Of a stretch of 62,767 nucleotides of DNA, positions 47,561-58,125 are shown in pieces (position 1 is the first letter of the stretch; each line of letters begins with the position of its first letter). The notes below the pieces were generated by a model. It did no database searches, was not told the DNA's origin, and worked only from the letters and a program-made list of their open reading frames with translations. Position numbers and translations under genes: made by a program. Source of the stretch: Pseudomonadota bacterium (GTDB lineage Bacteria > Pseudomonadota > Gammaproteobacteria > Francisellales > CACEW01); the NCBI GenBank assembly GCA_021848625.1, contig JAJZUD010000002.1, positions 1-62,767 of the forward strand. The letters run 5' to 3'.

Positions 47561-48352
47561 ATGCATGCACCAAAAATTTTTGTTTTGAAAGGGAGTGGCA
47601 CACCTGACTACGATGGGCTTATCCAAGGCATTTCTGAATGTTCTGCTAATGATTGGAAAAGTTTTTTAGCAGAATGCGGTGATGTGTCCATGACGGAATT
47701 AGAAAGATTTAAAGCCATCGCAAGGTCTGGGTATTATCCTGTTGGCTCGGTTTTTGTTTTTCCTGGGGGACATGTAATGCGTATTTCCGACGCATTGGAA
47801 CTAGGTGCGGTTGCTTCTGATGGAGAAACTCCTGTGCTGTCTCGAACTGGAATTGCAATTAAACAAGTGCTCAATAACCCAGGCTTAAGGTTTCGTGCTC
47901 TCGGAAGTTGTGCAGGTGCTGCACTTTTAAGCCGTGAATTACAAATTAACTATCCAGGATTCCCTCCCCTGCCTTGCTTAGGCATTTTGCCTGACACAGC
48001 GGCAATTGGGTCGTTGCATAAGGGGCCTGCAATGCATGAATTGCTTGACGGTAGAGATGCAATTCCAGCGCAACTGGGCTGGGATAATATTGGATTTAGT
48101 TCTGATAAAAAAGAATCCGAAGTTGTGGCAACGTATAAATCCGGCACCACAGCAATTATGCAAAATTCTAAAGCATTTGCGACAGGACCGCACCTTGAAG
48201 CAATGCATGAAGGTTCAGAGTTGCGAGCCCTAGCGGAAAAGACTCAAGGTGTTACCCTGCCATTTTTTGCAACAGCGGAAACAGAAGTAGCCTCAGCCAG
48301 AGCTGCAAAAAAAATGGTAGATAATTTTTTACGTCCTGAGACAAAGGAATGA
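47561..48352 (+). CDS. hypothetical protein, possible class I glutamine-amidotransferase-like fold (BPL_N-like)
   Basis: Candidate nucleophile elbow LGSCAGAALL and late GPHLE (HPE-like) motif. Stop overlaps the moaD start by 4 nt. Confidence 0.4.
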   Translation: MHAPKIFVLKGSGTPDYDGLIQGISECSANDWKSFLAECGDVSMTELERFKAIARSGYYPVGSVFVFPGGHVMRISDALELGAVASDGETPVLSRTGIAIKQVLNNPGLRFRALGSCAGAALLSRELQINYPGFPPLPCLGILPDTAAIGSLHKGPAMHELLDGRDAIPAQLGWDNIGFSSDKKESEVVATYKSGTTAIMQNSKAFATGPHLEAMHEGSELRALAEKTQGVTLPFFATAETEVASARAAKKMVDNFLRPETKE

Positions 48353-48612
48353 GCCCCATGAAAATTTATTTTAACGGTTTTGGTGCAACCAAAATACTCA
48401 GTGGTTACTGCATCGAAGTTGAAAAAAACAGCAGTGTCTCTGCAATCAAAAAAAAGCTGATCACTTCAATTAAAACGCAGGATCAATATGCTGGTTTAAA
48501 TGAGCTGCTGCTCACTACTGCTTTTGCCAGTGATGAATGCGTATTTGATGATGATGAAATGATTACTCAGGATATGACTCTGAACCTATTACCTCCGGTG
48601 TGTGGTGGATAA
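48349..48612 (+). CDS. moaD: molybdopterin synthase sulfur-carrier subunit (MoaD/ThiS ubiquitin-like)
   Basis: 87 aa (or 84 from MKIYF) ending ...LLPPVCGG, the diglycine C-terminus of MoaD. Confidence 0.75.
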   Translation: MSPMKIYFNGFGATKILSGYCIEVEKNSSVSAIKKKLITSIKTQDQYAGLNELLLTTAFASDECVFDDDEMITQDMTLNLLPPVCGG

Positions 48613-49609
48613 GCGTTATCTTTCACAGCAAAACCTCCCGGAGATAGGCGTTGAGGGGCAGTTAAAACTTGCTGCGAGTAAAGTGCTGGTGGTGGGCTGT
48701 GGCGGTTTGGCCGCAGCGGTATTGCCCTATCTCGCCGCTGCGGGAGTAGGAACCATCACGCTGATGGATGAGGATCAGGTCTGTGAGAGTAATCTAAACC
48801 GTCAAGTATTATTCAACGACGCTGATATTGGGCTTAATAAGGCGCTTGTGCTTCAGCGCCAATTGCAGCAGCAAAATCCAGCAATCCATATCGTTGCATT
48901 GCCAAAAAAATTTGATTTGGAAAATGGAGTTGACTTAACAAAAGCGCACGATTTGGTTATTGATTGCAGTGACCATTATTTTAGCAAAGTCACCATCAAC
49001 TATTGTTGTGTGCGAAGCAATACTCCCCTTGTATATGCCTCTGTGCTGGGCTGGGATGGTCAAGCTGCTTTATTCACAATGAAGGATCAAGACCCTTGTT
49101 ATAAATGCTGGCAAAAATTAGCTCCACAAGCAATCAATACTTGTACTCAGAGTGGAGTACTCGGAGCCTCAGTCAGCATAGTGGGCAGCCATCAGGCGAG
49201 TTTGGCATTACAATATTTGCTGGGCTACTTGCAGCATGCAAACTTTCTTTTTGTTTTTGATTTATGGAGTTTGAAGCAGCAAAAATTCAAACTTCAGCAG
49301 CGCAAGGATTGCAAGCTGCATTTCAGTCAAACGCAGCCACTGCCGTCGATTGCTTGGTCTGAATTAGAACGAATTGCCCCCTATGTTTTATTAGATGTCA
49401 GGACAATAGGAGAATGGGAGCTTGGTCATTTACCTGGAGCAAAACAAGTCAGCCCAGGGCAACTCCTTCAGCCAGAGCAGTACAATAAAACAGACAATTT
49501 GGTTATTTACTGCAATCAAGAATGGGTAAGTAGCTGTGTCGTCGAAAATCTACAAAATCTAGGTTATAACGCCTTTGTCCTAAAAGGGGGTTATGCAGCA
49601 TGGCATTAA
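48602..49609 (+). CDS. moeB: MoeB/ThiF-family adenylyltransferase fused to a C-terminal rhodanese domain (MOCS3/MoeZ-like)
   Basis: [36 protein letters not shown] nucleotide-binding motif. C-terminal rhodanese ([21 protein letters not shown] ... [10 protein letters not shown]). Confidence 0.8.
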   Translation: MVDKRYLSQQNLPEIGVEGQLKLAASKVLVVGCGGLAAAVLPYLAAAGVGTITLMDEDQVCESNLNRQVLFNDADIGLNKALVLQRQLQQQNPAIHIVALPKKFDLENGVDLTKAHDLVIDCSDHYFSKVTINYCCVRSNTPLVYASVLGWDGQAALFTMKDQDPCYKCWQKLAPQAINTCTQSGVLGASVSIVGSHQASLALQYLLGYLQHANFLFVFDLWSLKQQKFKLQQRKDCKLHFSQTQPLPSIAWSELERIAPYVLLDVRTIGEWELGHLPGAKQVSPGQLLQPEQYNKTDNLVIYCNQEWVSSCVVENLQNLGYNAFVLKGGYAAWH

Positions 49610-50814
49610 AACGTCCCATTTATTTGGATCATGCGGCGACAACCAAAATTGACCCCCGCGTACTCGACAAAATGCTGCCCTTTTTAACGGAGGAATTTGG
49701 CAATCCAGCTTCACAGGCCCATGTCTTTGGCTGGAGCGCTGAAAAAGCAGTAGAAAATGCGCGTAAGCAAGTGGCCGCAACAGTGGGCTGTGATCGTAAT
49801 GAAATTATTTGGACATCCGGTGCAACAGAGTCAATTAATCTAGCCCTTAAAGGGGCCGCTAATTTTTATCAAAATCGTGGCAAGCATTTGATAACCATCA
49901 AAACCGAACATAAAGCCACGCTGGACACGATGCATGAGCTAGAGCGTACTGGTTTTAGGGTGACTTATCTCGTTCCTGAAAGAAGTGGGCTGATTGATTT
50001 AGATAAATTATCTGCAGCGATTTGCCAGGATACGATTCTGGTTTCTGTCATGCTGGTTAATAATGAGGTGGGAGTGATTCAAGATATTGCTGCGATTGGC
50101 GCGCTATGCAGAGAAAAAAAAGTAATCTTTCATGTGGATGCAGCCCAGGCCGTCGGCAAAGTGGAATTCAATTTGAAACAGATTGATTTGATGAGTTTTT
50201 CTGCGCATAAAGCCTATGGTCCCAAAGGGGTAGGTGCATTGTATGTTTGTCGTCATCCCCGGATTGATCTGATGCCAATTATTCATGGCGGCGGGCATGA
50301 GCGTGGCTTTAGGTCTGGGACGCTTGCTCCTCATCAAATTGTGGGGATGGGGGAGGCTTTTGCCATCGCTGGACAAGAAATGCAGGCAGAATTACCCCGA
50401 ATTCGCGCGCTGCGGGATCAATTATTACAGGGTCTTCAGTCTTTAGAAGCAATTCATGTCAACGGCGATCTGAGCCAATCTGCCCCGCATTACTTGAATA
50501 TCAGTTTTGTGGGAGTTGAGGCCGATGCGCTCATGCGGGAATTGAAAGAGCTTGCAGTCTCGAGTGGATCGGCCTGTACTTCAGCCTCTCTGGAGCCTTC
50601 TCATGTGCTGCAGGCCTTGGGAATCAGTGATACACTGGCTCGTAGCTCAATTCGTTTCACAATAGGACGATTTAATAGTGCAGAAGAGATTGACTACAGT
50701 ATCCAATTAGTGACTAAGGTGGTGAATAAGCTTCGAGATTCATCCCCGTTGTGGGAAATGTTCAAAGAAGGGATAGCCATAGGAGGGATTGAAAATGAAA
50801 AAAAAGGATGCTGA
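49600..50814 (+). CDS. cysteine desulfurase (IscS/NifS family)
   Basis: [24 protein letters not shown] (PLP Lys), SSGSACTS (active-site Cys). Confidence 0.9.
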   Translation: MALKRPIYLDHAATTKIDPRVLDKMLPFLTEEFGNPASQAHVFGWSAEKAVENARKQVAATVGCDRNEIIWTSGATESINLALKGAANFYQNRGKHLITIKTEHKATLDTMHELERTGFRVTYLVPERSGLIDLDKLSAAICQDTILVSVMLVNNEVGVIQDIAAIGALCREKKVIFHVDAAQAVGKVEFNLKQIDLMSFSAHKAYGPKGVGALYVCRHPRIDLMPIIHGGGHERGFRSGTLAPHQIVGMGEAFAIAGQEMQAELPRIRALRDQLLQGLQSLEAIHVNGDLSQSAPHYLNISFVGVEADALMRELKELAVSSGSACTSASLEPSHVLQALGISDTLARSSIRFTIGRFNSAEEIDYSIQLVTKVVNKLRDSSPLWEMFKEGIAIGGIENEKKGC

Positions 50815-53116
50815 AAATAAGGGTAAGGTAAAAACCTATAAGTCTCCGGCAGCCGGTTGGGGAGCGCTGAAGTCAGTCACCACGCATATGGCTAAAGAAA
50901 AAGTATCCCCGACGAATTATAAAATGATATTCAAGCAGAATCAGCCCAAAGGCTTTGATTGCCCTGGATGCGCATGGCCCGATCGAGAACATACTTCTAC
51001 CTTTGAGTTTTGCGAAAATGGCATTAAAGCCGTCGCTGCTGAAGCCACCAGCAAACGGGTCACTCAAGAGTTTTTTGCACAAAATAGCGTGACACAACTC
51101 ATGCAGGAATCTGATTATGAGCTTGAAGAGCATGGCCGTTTGACTTCTCCCATGGTCTATGATGAAACAACAGATCACTACAAGCCGATTAGTTGGGATG
51201 ATGCCTTTCAACTTATTGCTCATCATCTCAAGCAACTTCCTGATCCCAATATGGCTAGCTTCTACACCTCTGGTAGGGCCAGTAACGAAGCTGCTTTTTT
51301 GTATCAGCTCTTCGCGCGCTGTTATGGAACGAACAATTTTCCTGACTGCTCAAACATGTGTCATGAAGCGACCAGTCGTGGGTTACCCCTCACTGTCGGC
51401 GTAGGCAAAGGCACGGTTAATTTTGATGATTTTGAACATACTGATACTTTGCTGCTTTTTGGCCATAATCCAGGAACCAATCATCCGCGAATGTTGGGAG
51501 AGCTTCGTGAATGTGCAAAGCGGGGCGCGATGATCGTCTCTATCAACCCCTTGCGCGAGCGAGGCCTAGAGAGATTTACCAGTCCTCAAAGTCCATTAGA
51601 AATGCTCACGTTATCAAGCACGGATTTGTGTTCTGCATTTGTGCAACCCAAACTAGGGGGGGATTTCGCTTTAATTAAAGCCATTGCAAAAGGCGTGCTA
51701 GAGCTTGATGATGCTGCTGTAAAGGCAAAGACAGAGCGGATTTTGGATGTGGAATTTATCAATACGCATACGCAGGGCTTTGAGGATTTTGCAAATGATT
51801 TACGTCACGCCAATTGGGATGAATTAGTCGAAATATCAGGCGTACCCTACCCCCAAATCGAAGCATTAATTAAAATTTACGTGAAGGGTAAAGCCGTCAT
51901 TTGCACTTGGGGCATGGGGTTAACCCAGAATAAACATGCCGTGGCAACCATTCAAATGCTATCCAATTTAATGATGATGCGAGGCAATATCGGTAAGCGT
52001 GGCGCAGGGTTGTGTCCGTTACGAGGGCATTCGAATGTTCAAGGGGATAGAACAGTTGGAATTGAAGAGCGCCCCACTCCCGAGTTTTTGGATCGCCTGA
52101 AGAAAGTCTTTGATTTTGAACCCCCAAGGGAGCATGGTCTTGATGTGGTCAATACGGTCAAAGCGATGCTGGAAGGAAAGGTCAAAGTCTTTTTTGGCTT
52201 GGGCGGCAATTTTGCAATGGCGACTCCAGAAACGCCCCGGACATGGGAGGCATTGAGATCCTGTAACTTAACAGTTCACGTCACCACTAAACTCAACCGC
52301 AGTCATTTAGTGCATGGTAAAGATGCATTGATCTTGCCCACTTTGGGTCGCACAGAAGTAGATGTTCAGGCTGGAAAACAACAAGGAATTACGGTTGAAG
52401 ATTCGTTTAGCTCCGTTCATGTCTCATTTGGTCTCAATAAACCCGCATCACCAGACCTGCGTTCAGAAATTGCCATTGTTGCAGGAATGGCGCATGCAGT
52501 TTTAGGAAGTGAAAAAATTAAGTGGCTGTGGTATGTCGATGATTATTCAAGAATCAGAGACGCAATTGAACAGGTTTTTGATGATTTTAAAGATTTTAAT
52601 AAACGGATTGAAATTCCAGGTGGCTTTAATTTATATAGTCCTGCTCGTGAACGCATTTGGAAAACCAAAAGCGGTAAGGCACAGTTTATCGTTAACGGCT
52701 TTGAGCAAGATACCCCAGTCAGTCGTGCTAAAAAGCGCTATGGAAAAGAGCTGATGTTGCTGATGACTTTTAGATCCCATGATCAATATAATACCACGAT
52801 TTACGGACTGAATGACCGTTATCGCGGCATCTTTGATCAAAGGCAGGTTTTATTTGCCAATGCTCAAGATATTGAGCGCTTAGGATATACCCCTGGGGCG
52901 CTAGTCGATATTGAAAGTATTTGGGATGATAGCGTCAAACGCCTCGTCAAAAAATTTGTATTGGTTGAATATGATATTCCGCCAGGCTGTCTGGCTGCTT
53001 ACTATCCGGAAACCAATCCACTCGTTCCATTAGAAAGCGTTGCAGATTTGGCAGGTACACCGACTTCAAAGCTAATTCCGGTCATCCTCAGCGCTTCTGC
53101 TGCTGATATGGAGTAA
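50795..53116 (+). CDS. FdhF/YdeP-family molybdopterin oxidoreductase (formate-dehydrogenase-alpha-like, substrate unknown)
   Basis: AGWGALKSV ... [15 protein letters not shown] ... [13 protein letters not shown] ... [10 protein letters not shown], typical of the YdeP subgroup. ATG at 50795 follows AGGAGGG. Confidence 0.85.
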   Translation: MKKKDAENKGKVKTYKSPAAGWGALKSVTTHMAKEKVSPTNYKMIFKQNQPKGFDCPGCAWPDREHTSTFEFCENGIKAVAAEATSKRVTQEFFAQNSVTQLMQESDYELEEHGRLTSPMVYDETTDHYKPISWDDAFQLIAHHLKQLPDPNMASFYTSGRASNEAAFLYQLFARCYGTNNFPDCSNMCHEATSRGLPLTVGVGKGTVNFDDFEHTDTLLLFGHNPGTNHPRMLGELRECAKRGAMIVSINPLRERGLERFTSPQSPLEMLTLSSTDLCSAFVQPKLGGDFALIKAIAKGVLELDDAAVKAKTERILDVEFINTHTQGFEDFANDLRHANWDELVEISGVPYPQIEALIKIYVKGKAVICTWGMGLTQNKHAVATIQMLSNLMMMRGNIGKRGAGLCPLRGHSNVQGDRTVGIEERPTPEFLDRLKKVFDFEPPREHGLDVVNTVKAMLEGKVKVFFGLGGNFAMATPETPRTWEALRSCNLTVHVTTKLNRSHLVHGKDALILPTLGRTEVDVQAGKQQGITVEDSFSSVHVSFGLNKPASPDLRSEIAIVAGMAHAVLGSEKIKWLWYVDDYSRIRDAIEQVFDDFKDFNKRIEIPGGFNLYSPARERIWKTKSGKAQFIVNGFEQDTPVSRAKKRYGKELMLLMTFRSHDQYNTTIYGLNDRYRGIFDQRQVLFANAQDIERLGYTPGALVDIESIWDDSVKRLVKKFVLVEYDIPPGCLAAYYPETNPLVPLESVADLAGTPTSKLIPVILSASAADME

Positions 53117-53136
53117 ATGTCATACAAACGCCAGGC

Positions 53137-53907
53137 ATGATCACACAATCCATCATTTGCCATGATGGCGAAACAAAGAAGGCGGATAGTGATTTCGTCG
53201 TTCAAGAAACGCCGATTGCATTGGTTTACAATGGGATTTCCCATGCGGTGATGATGGCAACGCCCACGGATCTGAAAGAATTTGCCGTCGGATTCACTCT
53301 CACAGAGGGAATTGTAGGTAGCCCGGAAGATATTTATGATACTGAGATTGTGGTCCATGATACGAATGTTGAAATAAAATTGACTCTTTCACAGCAATCT
53401 TTTTCTCAATTGAAAACGCAACGTCGTGCGATGTTGGGTAGAACGGGATGTGGAGTATGTGGCATCGAAAACATCGAATTATTAGACTTAAATCCAGACC
53501 CCATTAACCATCCCTTAGAAAAATTATCCGTATCTACCACAACCATTGAGCGAGCATCGAAACAGCTCTTACAGCATCAATTTTTAACAGCTAAAACAGG
53601 GGGGGCTCATGCAGCGGCCTGGTGTCATCATGATGGTGAAGTATTAAAAGCATTTGAAGATGTAGGCAGGCATAATGCCCTGGATAAGTTGATCGGGTAT
53701 TTAGCATTAAATGAAATTGAAATATCTCAGGGATTTGTGTTTATGTCGAGTCGCGGCAGTTATGAGCTCGTCAGAAAAGTTGCACGCATGAATATTGCTT
53801 TATTGGCAACGATCTCAGCACCTACATCGTTGGCCATAGAAATTGCAAAAAAAGCCAAAGTTGCGCTAATATGTTTTTGTCGCAACAATCGATTTATCGA
53901 ATATTAA
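53137..53907 (+). CDS. fdhD: formate dehydrogenase accessory sulfurtransferase FdhD
   Basis: GRTGCGVCG active-site loop, EDVGRHNALDKLIG, SSRGSYELV. Confidence 0.9.
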   Translation: MITQSIICHDGETKKADSDFVVQETPIALVYNGISHAVMMATPTDLKEFAVGFTLTEGIVGSPEDIYDTEIVVHDTNVEIKLTLSQQSFSQLKTQRRAMLGRTGCGVCGIENIELLDLNPDPINHPLEKLSVSTTTIERASKQLLQHQFLTAKTGGAHAAAWCHHDGEVLKAFEDVGRHNALDKLIGYLALNEIEISQGFVFMSSRGSYELVRKVARMNIALLATISAPTSLAIEIAKKAKVALICFCRNNRFIEY

Positions 53908-53926
53908 TATTAATCAGGATATTTTT

Positions 53927-54367
53927 ATGCAAACACTAATTGAATTTTGTGATCACCCCATTGAGACCAGTCATTACCTCGCTCAAACAGTCAATTATGA
54001 ATTCGGTGCTTTGGATTTGTTTATCGGGAAAGTGCGTAACTTTAATCAAAATCGAGATGTCATGGGTGTTCATTACGAGGCGTTTATTCCGCTAGCACAA
54101 AAAATTCTTGAGGAGTTATGTGTTCAAGCCAAAAAAGAGACAAACAGTGATCTTGATATCATTATTATTCATCGCCTGGGATACTTAAACGTGGGCGAAA
54201 TCAGCATCCTCATTGCGGTGGGCTCCAAACATCGTAATGAAGCTTTTGTGGGATGCCGTTATTTGATTGAGCAAATCAAGCATCAAGTCCCTATTTGGAA
54301 GCAAGAACACTATACGGATGGCAAAAGCGAGTGGGTGAAAGGACATGTCCTGTGTCAACATGAATGA
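53927..54367 (+). CDS. moaE: molybdopterin synthase catalytic subunit
   Basis: GALDLFIGKVRN...V....YEAF ... VGSKHR..AF..C.YLI..IK..VPIWKQEHY. Confidence 0.85.
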   Translation: MQTLIEFCDHPIETSHYLAQTVNYEFGALDLFIGKVRNFNQNRDVMGVHYEAFIPLAQKILEELCVQAKKETNSDLDIIIIHRLGYLNVGEISILIAVGSKHRNEAFVGCRYLIEQIKHQVPIWKQEHYTDGKSEWVKGHVLCQHE

Positions 54368-55025
54368 GGTCGCTGTTGCTATTTTAGCGGGGGGCGCATC
54401 CTCACGCATGGGACAAGATAAAGCAGGCCTGCGATTGCCGAACAATCAAACGCTTCTGGAATATATGTTTGCTCAGTTTCAAGATTATTTTGTTTTTAGC
54501 AGTGGGCATAGGACGACGGGTTCTGTTCCTGACCTTTTTGATTCAAGGCTCGGGCCTGTTGCGGGGATTATCAGCTCAATTACATGGCTCAAAGATACGC
54601 ATCCTCATATCAAGCAATGTGTTTTTATTCCAGTCGATTTAGCCTATTTCTCAACAAAAGATTTAGCCAGATTGATTGCAGCAGAATATCAAGTCGCATA
54701 CTTTAAGGATCATCCATTGCCGTTGAAAATAGAAATATCTTCTATGGTATTAGACGTTTTTCAAGATGTAATGAACGAAATGCAGGCGATGGGTGGGTAT
54801 CCGGTTTATCGATTTATTCAGCAATTTAAGTCTAGGGTTGAGTTAATCAATGCGATACCAAAAAGTTTAACCAACATAAACTATAGGGACGACTGGGATA
54901 TTTTTTTAAATGATTATTTAAGTGGCGGAGTGAATCCAGTTTCTTGCAAAAAAGTGGCATTATCCCACAATGCTTCAAGCGACCCTTGCAGTGCTATTTT
55001 ACCTGATTTTAATAAGATTACTTGA
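54345..55025 (+). CDS. mobA: molybdenum cofactor guanylyltransferase
   Basis: AVAILAGGASSRMGQDKAGL N-terminal motif. Start may be the Met at 54360. The last 112 nt overlap convergent modC. Confidence 0.75.
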   Translation: MSCVNMNEVAVAILAGGASSRMGQDKAGLRLPNNQTLLEYMFAQFQDYFVFSSGHRTTGSVPDLFDSRLGPVAGIISSITWLKDTHPHIKQCVFIPVDLAYFSTKDLARLIAAEYQVAYFKDHPLPLKIEISSMVLDVFQDVMNEMQAMGGYPVYRFIQQFKSRVELINAIPKSLTNINYRDDWDIFLNDYLSGGVNPVSCKKVALSHNASSDPCSAILPDFNKIT

Positions 55026-55513
55026 TCTGCAAGGCGCACTAGTTCTGACTCATTGTGCGTGACGTACAAAATAGGGATATTGATTTTTTGACGCAAATGC
55101 AGCAGCGCGTTTAATACTTCTGCCTTGCTGATACAATCCAAAGCAGAAACAGGTTCGTCCATTAATAAAATTTCTGGACTCATTAAAACACTGCGTGCAA
55201 TGACAATCCGTTGTCGCTCGCCCCCTGACAACTTGGGAATATCACGTTCAAGTAAAGGGCGAATGTTCAGCCAGTCAATCACTTCGCCATCTGTAAAAAT
55301 GCGCTTTTCTTTAGGGACGCGCCGATATCCGAATAAGACATTTTCCTGCACGGAGAGGTGAGGGAACAAATAGGGCTCCTGCGTGACATATCCCACAGAG
55401 CGATAAGGGCTTGCGATGCCTTCGAGACCTGCAAGGCGCCGTAATAAAGTCGTTTTCCCTGCGCCTGAACGACCTACAATCACGGTGATACCGGATGCGA
55501 TTTTAAGGTTCAT
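54914..55513 (-). CDS. modC: molybdate ABC transporter ATP-binding protein, short form without TOBE domain
   Basis: Walker A GRSGAGKTTLL, signature LSGGERQRI, Walker B ILLMDEP. Only 199 aa. Operon position after modB. Confidence 0.75.
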   Translation of the reverse strand: MNLKIASGITVIVGRSGAGKTTLLRRLAGLEGIASPYRSVGYVTQEPYLFPHLSVQENVLFGYRRVPKEKRIFTDGEVIDWLNIRPLLERDIPKLSGGERQRIVIARSVLMSPEILLMDEPVSALDCISKAEVLNALLHLRQKINIPILYVTHNESELVRLADQVILLKSGKIALQGSLEALWDNATFLQETGFTPPLK

Positions 55514-56163
55514 ATCCCCATCCTCCGATAGCGATGATTCAAACTATATAGCGCAAGCAGCACCACAAATGAAAAAATCAGTAAGCCTAAAGACAAAATA
55601 TTGGCTTGATGATATTGCAATTGCTCAACATGATCATAGATATAAATCGAGATGACTTGGGTTTTTCCGGGGATATTGCCACCAATCATCAAGACTACGC
55701 CAAACTCACCCAGTGTGTGCGTGAAGCCTAAGGTGATCGCAGAGAGCAGACCCCGTCGCGACAAAGGCAGTACGACTTTAAAAAAGCGCCGTATAGAGGA
55801 ATAACCCAAAGTGTGTGCGATCTCTAAGGGTTGTTTGCCAATGGATTCAAAGGCAACCTGCAAGGGCTGTACCACAAAAGGGAAAGAATAAATCACTGAG
55901 CCCAGCACCAAGCCTTTGAATGAAAAGGCCCAACCTGCATTGGCCAGACTATTTTGGCCTAAAAGAATAAGCAAATAAAATCCTAAAACCGTTGGAGGTA
56001 AAATCAAAGGCAGTGCCACGAAGGCTTCCAATACCACTTTTAATTTTGAGTGATTTTGCGAAAGCCACCACGCAAAAGGTAAGCCAATGAGCAAAAGAAT
56101 CAAGGTACTTAAGCCTGCCAATTGTAGGCTTAAAAGCAACGCAGTGAGAGCGCTAGATTCCAT
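55510..56163 (-). CDS. modB: molybdate ABC transporter permease
   Basis: 5-6 TM segments; EAA-like loop EIAHTLGYSSIRRFFKVVLPL. Confidence 0.85.
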   Translation of the reverse strand: MESSALTALLLSLQLAGLSTLILLLIGLPFAWWLSQNHSKLKVVLEAFVALPLILPPTVLGFYLLILLGQNSLANAGWAFSFKGLVLGSVIYSFPFVVQPLQVAFESIGKQPLEIAHTLGYSSIRRFFKVVLPLSRRGLLSAITLGFTHTLGEFGVVLMIGGNIPGKTQVISIYIYDHVEQLQYHQANILSLGLLIFSFVVLLALYSLNHRYRRMGI

Positions 56164-56890
56164 AACCTGCCCGTTGAATCAGGCTTTGGATGGATTGAGA
56201 ATGCAAAAATTGCATAAAGGCCACCGCTTCAGGATTATTTTGAGCATGAAGCAATAATACGGCTTGTTGATTTAAAGGGGAATAAAATGATTGCGGCACG
56301 ATCCAAACCGAGGAGGGCTGGGGCGGCTGTACTTGTGATAAAGCAACAAACCCCATTTGCACATTCCCTGTGGCAATAAAACCATAGGCTTGGCTCACGC
56401 TCTCTCCAAAAACAAGATGTGGCATCAGCTGACCCCAGAGTTGCATATGTTGTAAGGTTTGTTTTGCAGCAAGACCATACGGCGCAAAATCAGGATTGGC
56501 TAACGCAATTTTGCCTTGTTTAAAATGGATGAGCCGCTGCTCTGTGACTGCTTGAGTTGCATTGGGTTGATAGAGTGTCAATTGGCCGATGGCATACGTC
56601 GCTCTTGAGCCTGGAATAATCTTATCTGCTTTCGCAAGTAAAAGAGGGTGTTGTTGATCTGCTGCTAAAAACAAATCATAGGGCGCGCCATGCATAATTT
56701 GTGCATACAGCACGCCTGTTGAGGCACTACTGATGAGTATTTTGACCTGATGTTGTGCTTGAAATTGTGTGGCTATTTTTTGCAATGTGGGTTCAAAATC
56801 AGCAGTCACTGCAATCGAAAGCGTGGGCTCAGCCCAGGCAATTTGCGCGGTCAGCAGTATGATTCCAAGGAGTATTTTTTGTAATATCAC
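56153..56890 (-). CDS. modA: molybdate ABC transporter substrate-binding protein
   Basis: GTG start at 56890 gives the signal peptide ILQKILLGIILLTAQIAWA and overlaps the moeA stop (GTGA). SSASTGVLYAQI and FLAADQ motifs. Confidence 0.8.
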   Translation of the reverse strand: MILQKILLGIILLTAQIAWAEPTLSIAVTADFEPTLQKIATQFQAQHQVKILISSASTGVLYAQIMHGAPYDLFLAADQQHPLLLAKADKIIPGSRATYAIGQLTLYQPNATQAVTEQRLIHFKQGKIALANPDFAPYGLAAKQTLQHMQLWGQLMPHLVFGESVSQAYGFIATGNVQMGFVALSQVQPPQPSSVWIVPQSFYSPLNQQAVLLLHAQNNPEAVAFMQFLHSQSIQSLIQRAGYGI

Positions 56891-58125
56891 GCTGTCATCC
56901 TCGATGGGTAAAGAGGATAAACCGCCATGATTTTTCCGACTGAAAAAGTGTCTTGCTCTGCCTCTAAAATCACCCAAGCGTTGGCTTTGAGTAGGGGGTT
57001 GATTTTAAAAGATTCCTGCCCTGATAAAATTTCAACCTCTGCCTGTCCTGTTTTTGTGAAGCTCAGACGTGCCTTCCAAAAATGCCGCATGCCCGTTTTT
57101 TTAGTCGTTGCGGTTGTTAATAATGCTTGAAGGGGTTTTTCTTTGGGTAATCCTTGCATTACACAGAGTAAAGGCTCAATAAAAAATCGATATCCTACGG
57201 CCGTAGACACGGGATTGCCTGGCAGAGCAAAAATACAGGTTTTGCCGAGCTTGGCGAAAAGAATGGGTTTTCCTGGGCGAATATTGACTTTGTGAAAAAT
57301 AATCTCTGCCCCTAAATGCTTTAACGCTTCGGGGACAAAGTCCCATTTCCCTGCTGAAACACCGCCTGTTGTAATGATAAGATCTGCTGGATGGCTGCCT
57401 TCTGTCTCCGCCTTCATGCGCTGGATAAAGGTTTTGGCTTCATCAGGAACACTGTAAGATTGATAATCATCCACTCCCATTTTTTGAAACAGGGCATCCA
57501 GGTAGGCGCCATTTGAATTGTAGATTTTCCCTGATTCAAGTGGATGGTTTGAGGTATGGACCAGCTCACTGCCTGTGGTGATGACTCGCACAATGGGCTT
57601 TTTTATGACTTGAACGGTGGTCACGCCTAGCGCTGCAAGTGCCATGATCTGTTCAGCTTGAATGAGGGTGCCCTTTTGCATGATCAGGCTGCCCTGATCA
57701 AAATCCTCACCTGCGTAACGGATATTTTCGCCTGGTTTTAAAGGCTTGCGCAGGTGGACGGTATCGCCTTTTATCGTCACATCTTCAATGCGAACCACAG
57801 CATCTAAACCTGTAGGGAGCACTGCGCCTGTCATGATTTCACAAGCCGTCTGGGGCAAAAAATCGCGTTGCTGAGGCGCATCGCCTGCGGCAATAGTGGT
57901 GACTATTTTAAATGAAACTAGCGTTGATAAAGAAGCACCCTGGGTATCACAAGCCCGCAGGGCAAAGCCATCCATCGCTGAATTGTCAAAAGAGGGTAGC
58001 TTGACGCGTGAATACACTGCCTCTGCGCTGATATAACCCTGTGCCTTAGCAATGGGGCGAGTTTCAGCTTTAAGGTCTTCTGCAGCCGCTTTAATGAGTG
58101 CCAGTGCCTCCTCATACTGAATCAT
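56887..58125 (-). CDS. moeA: molybdopterin molybdotransferase
   Basis: LPSFDNSAMDGFAL, TGGVSAGKWDFV, PGNPVS motifs. Confidence 0.9.
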   Translation of the reverse strand: MIQYEEALALIKAAAEDLKAETRPIAKAQGYISAEAVYSRVKLPSFDNSAMDGFALRACDTQGASLSTLVSFKIVTTIAAGDAPQQRDFLPQTACEIMTGAVLPTGLDAVVRIEDVTIKGDTVHLRKPLKPGENIRYAGEDFDQGSLIMQKGTLIQAEQIMALAALGVTTVQVIKKPIVRVITTGSELVHTSNHPLESGKIYNSNGAYLDALFQKMGVDDYQSYSVPDEAKTFIQRMKAETEGSHPADLIITTGGVSAGKWDFVPEALKHLGAEIIFHKVNIRPGKPILFAKLGKTCIFALPGNPVSTAVGYRFFIEPLLCVMQGLPKEKPLQALLTTATTKKTGMRHFWKARLSFTKTGQAEVEILSGQESFKINPLLKANAWVILEAEQDTFSVGKIMAVYPLYPSRMTA

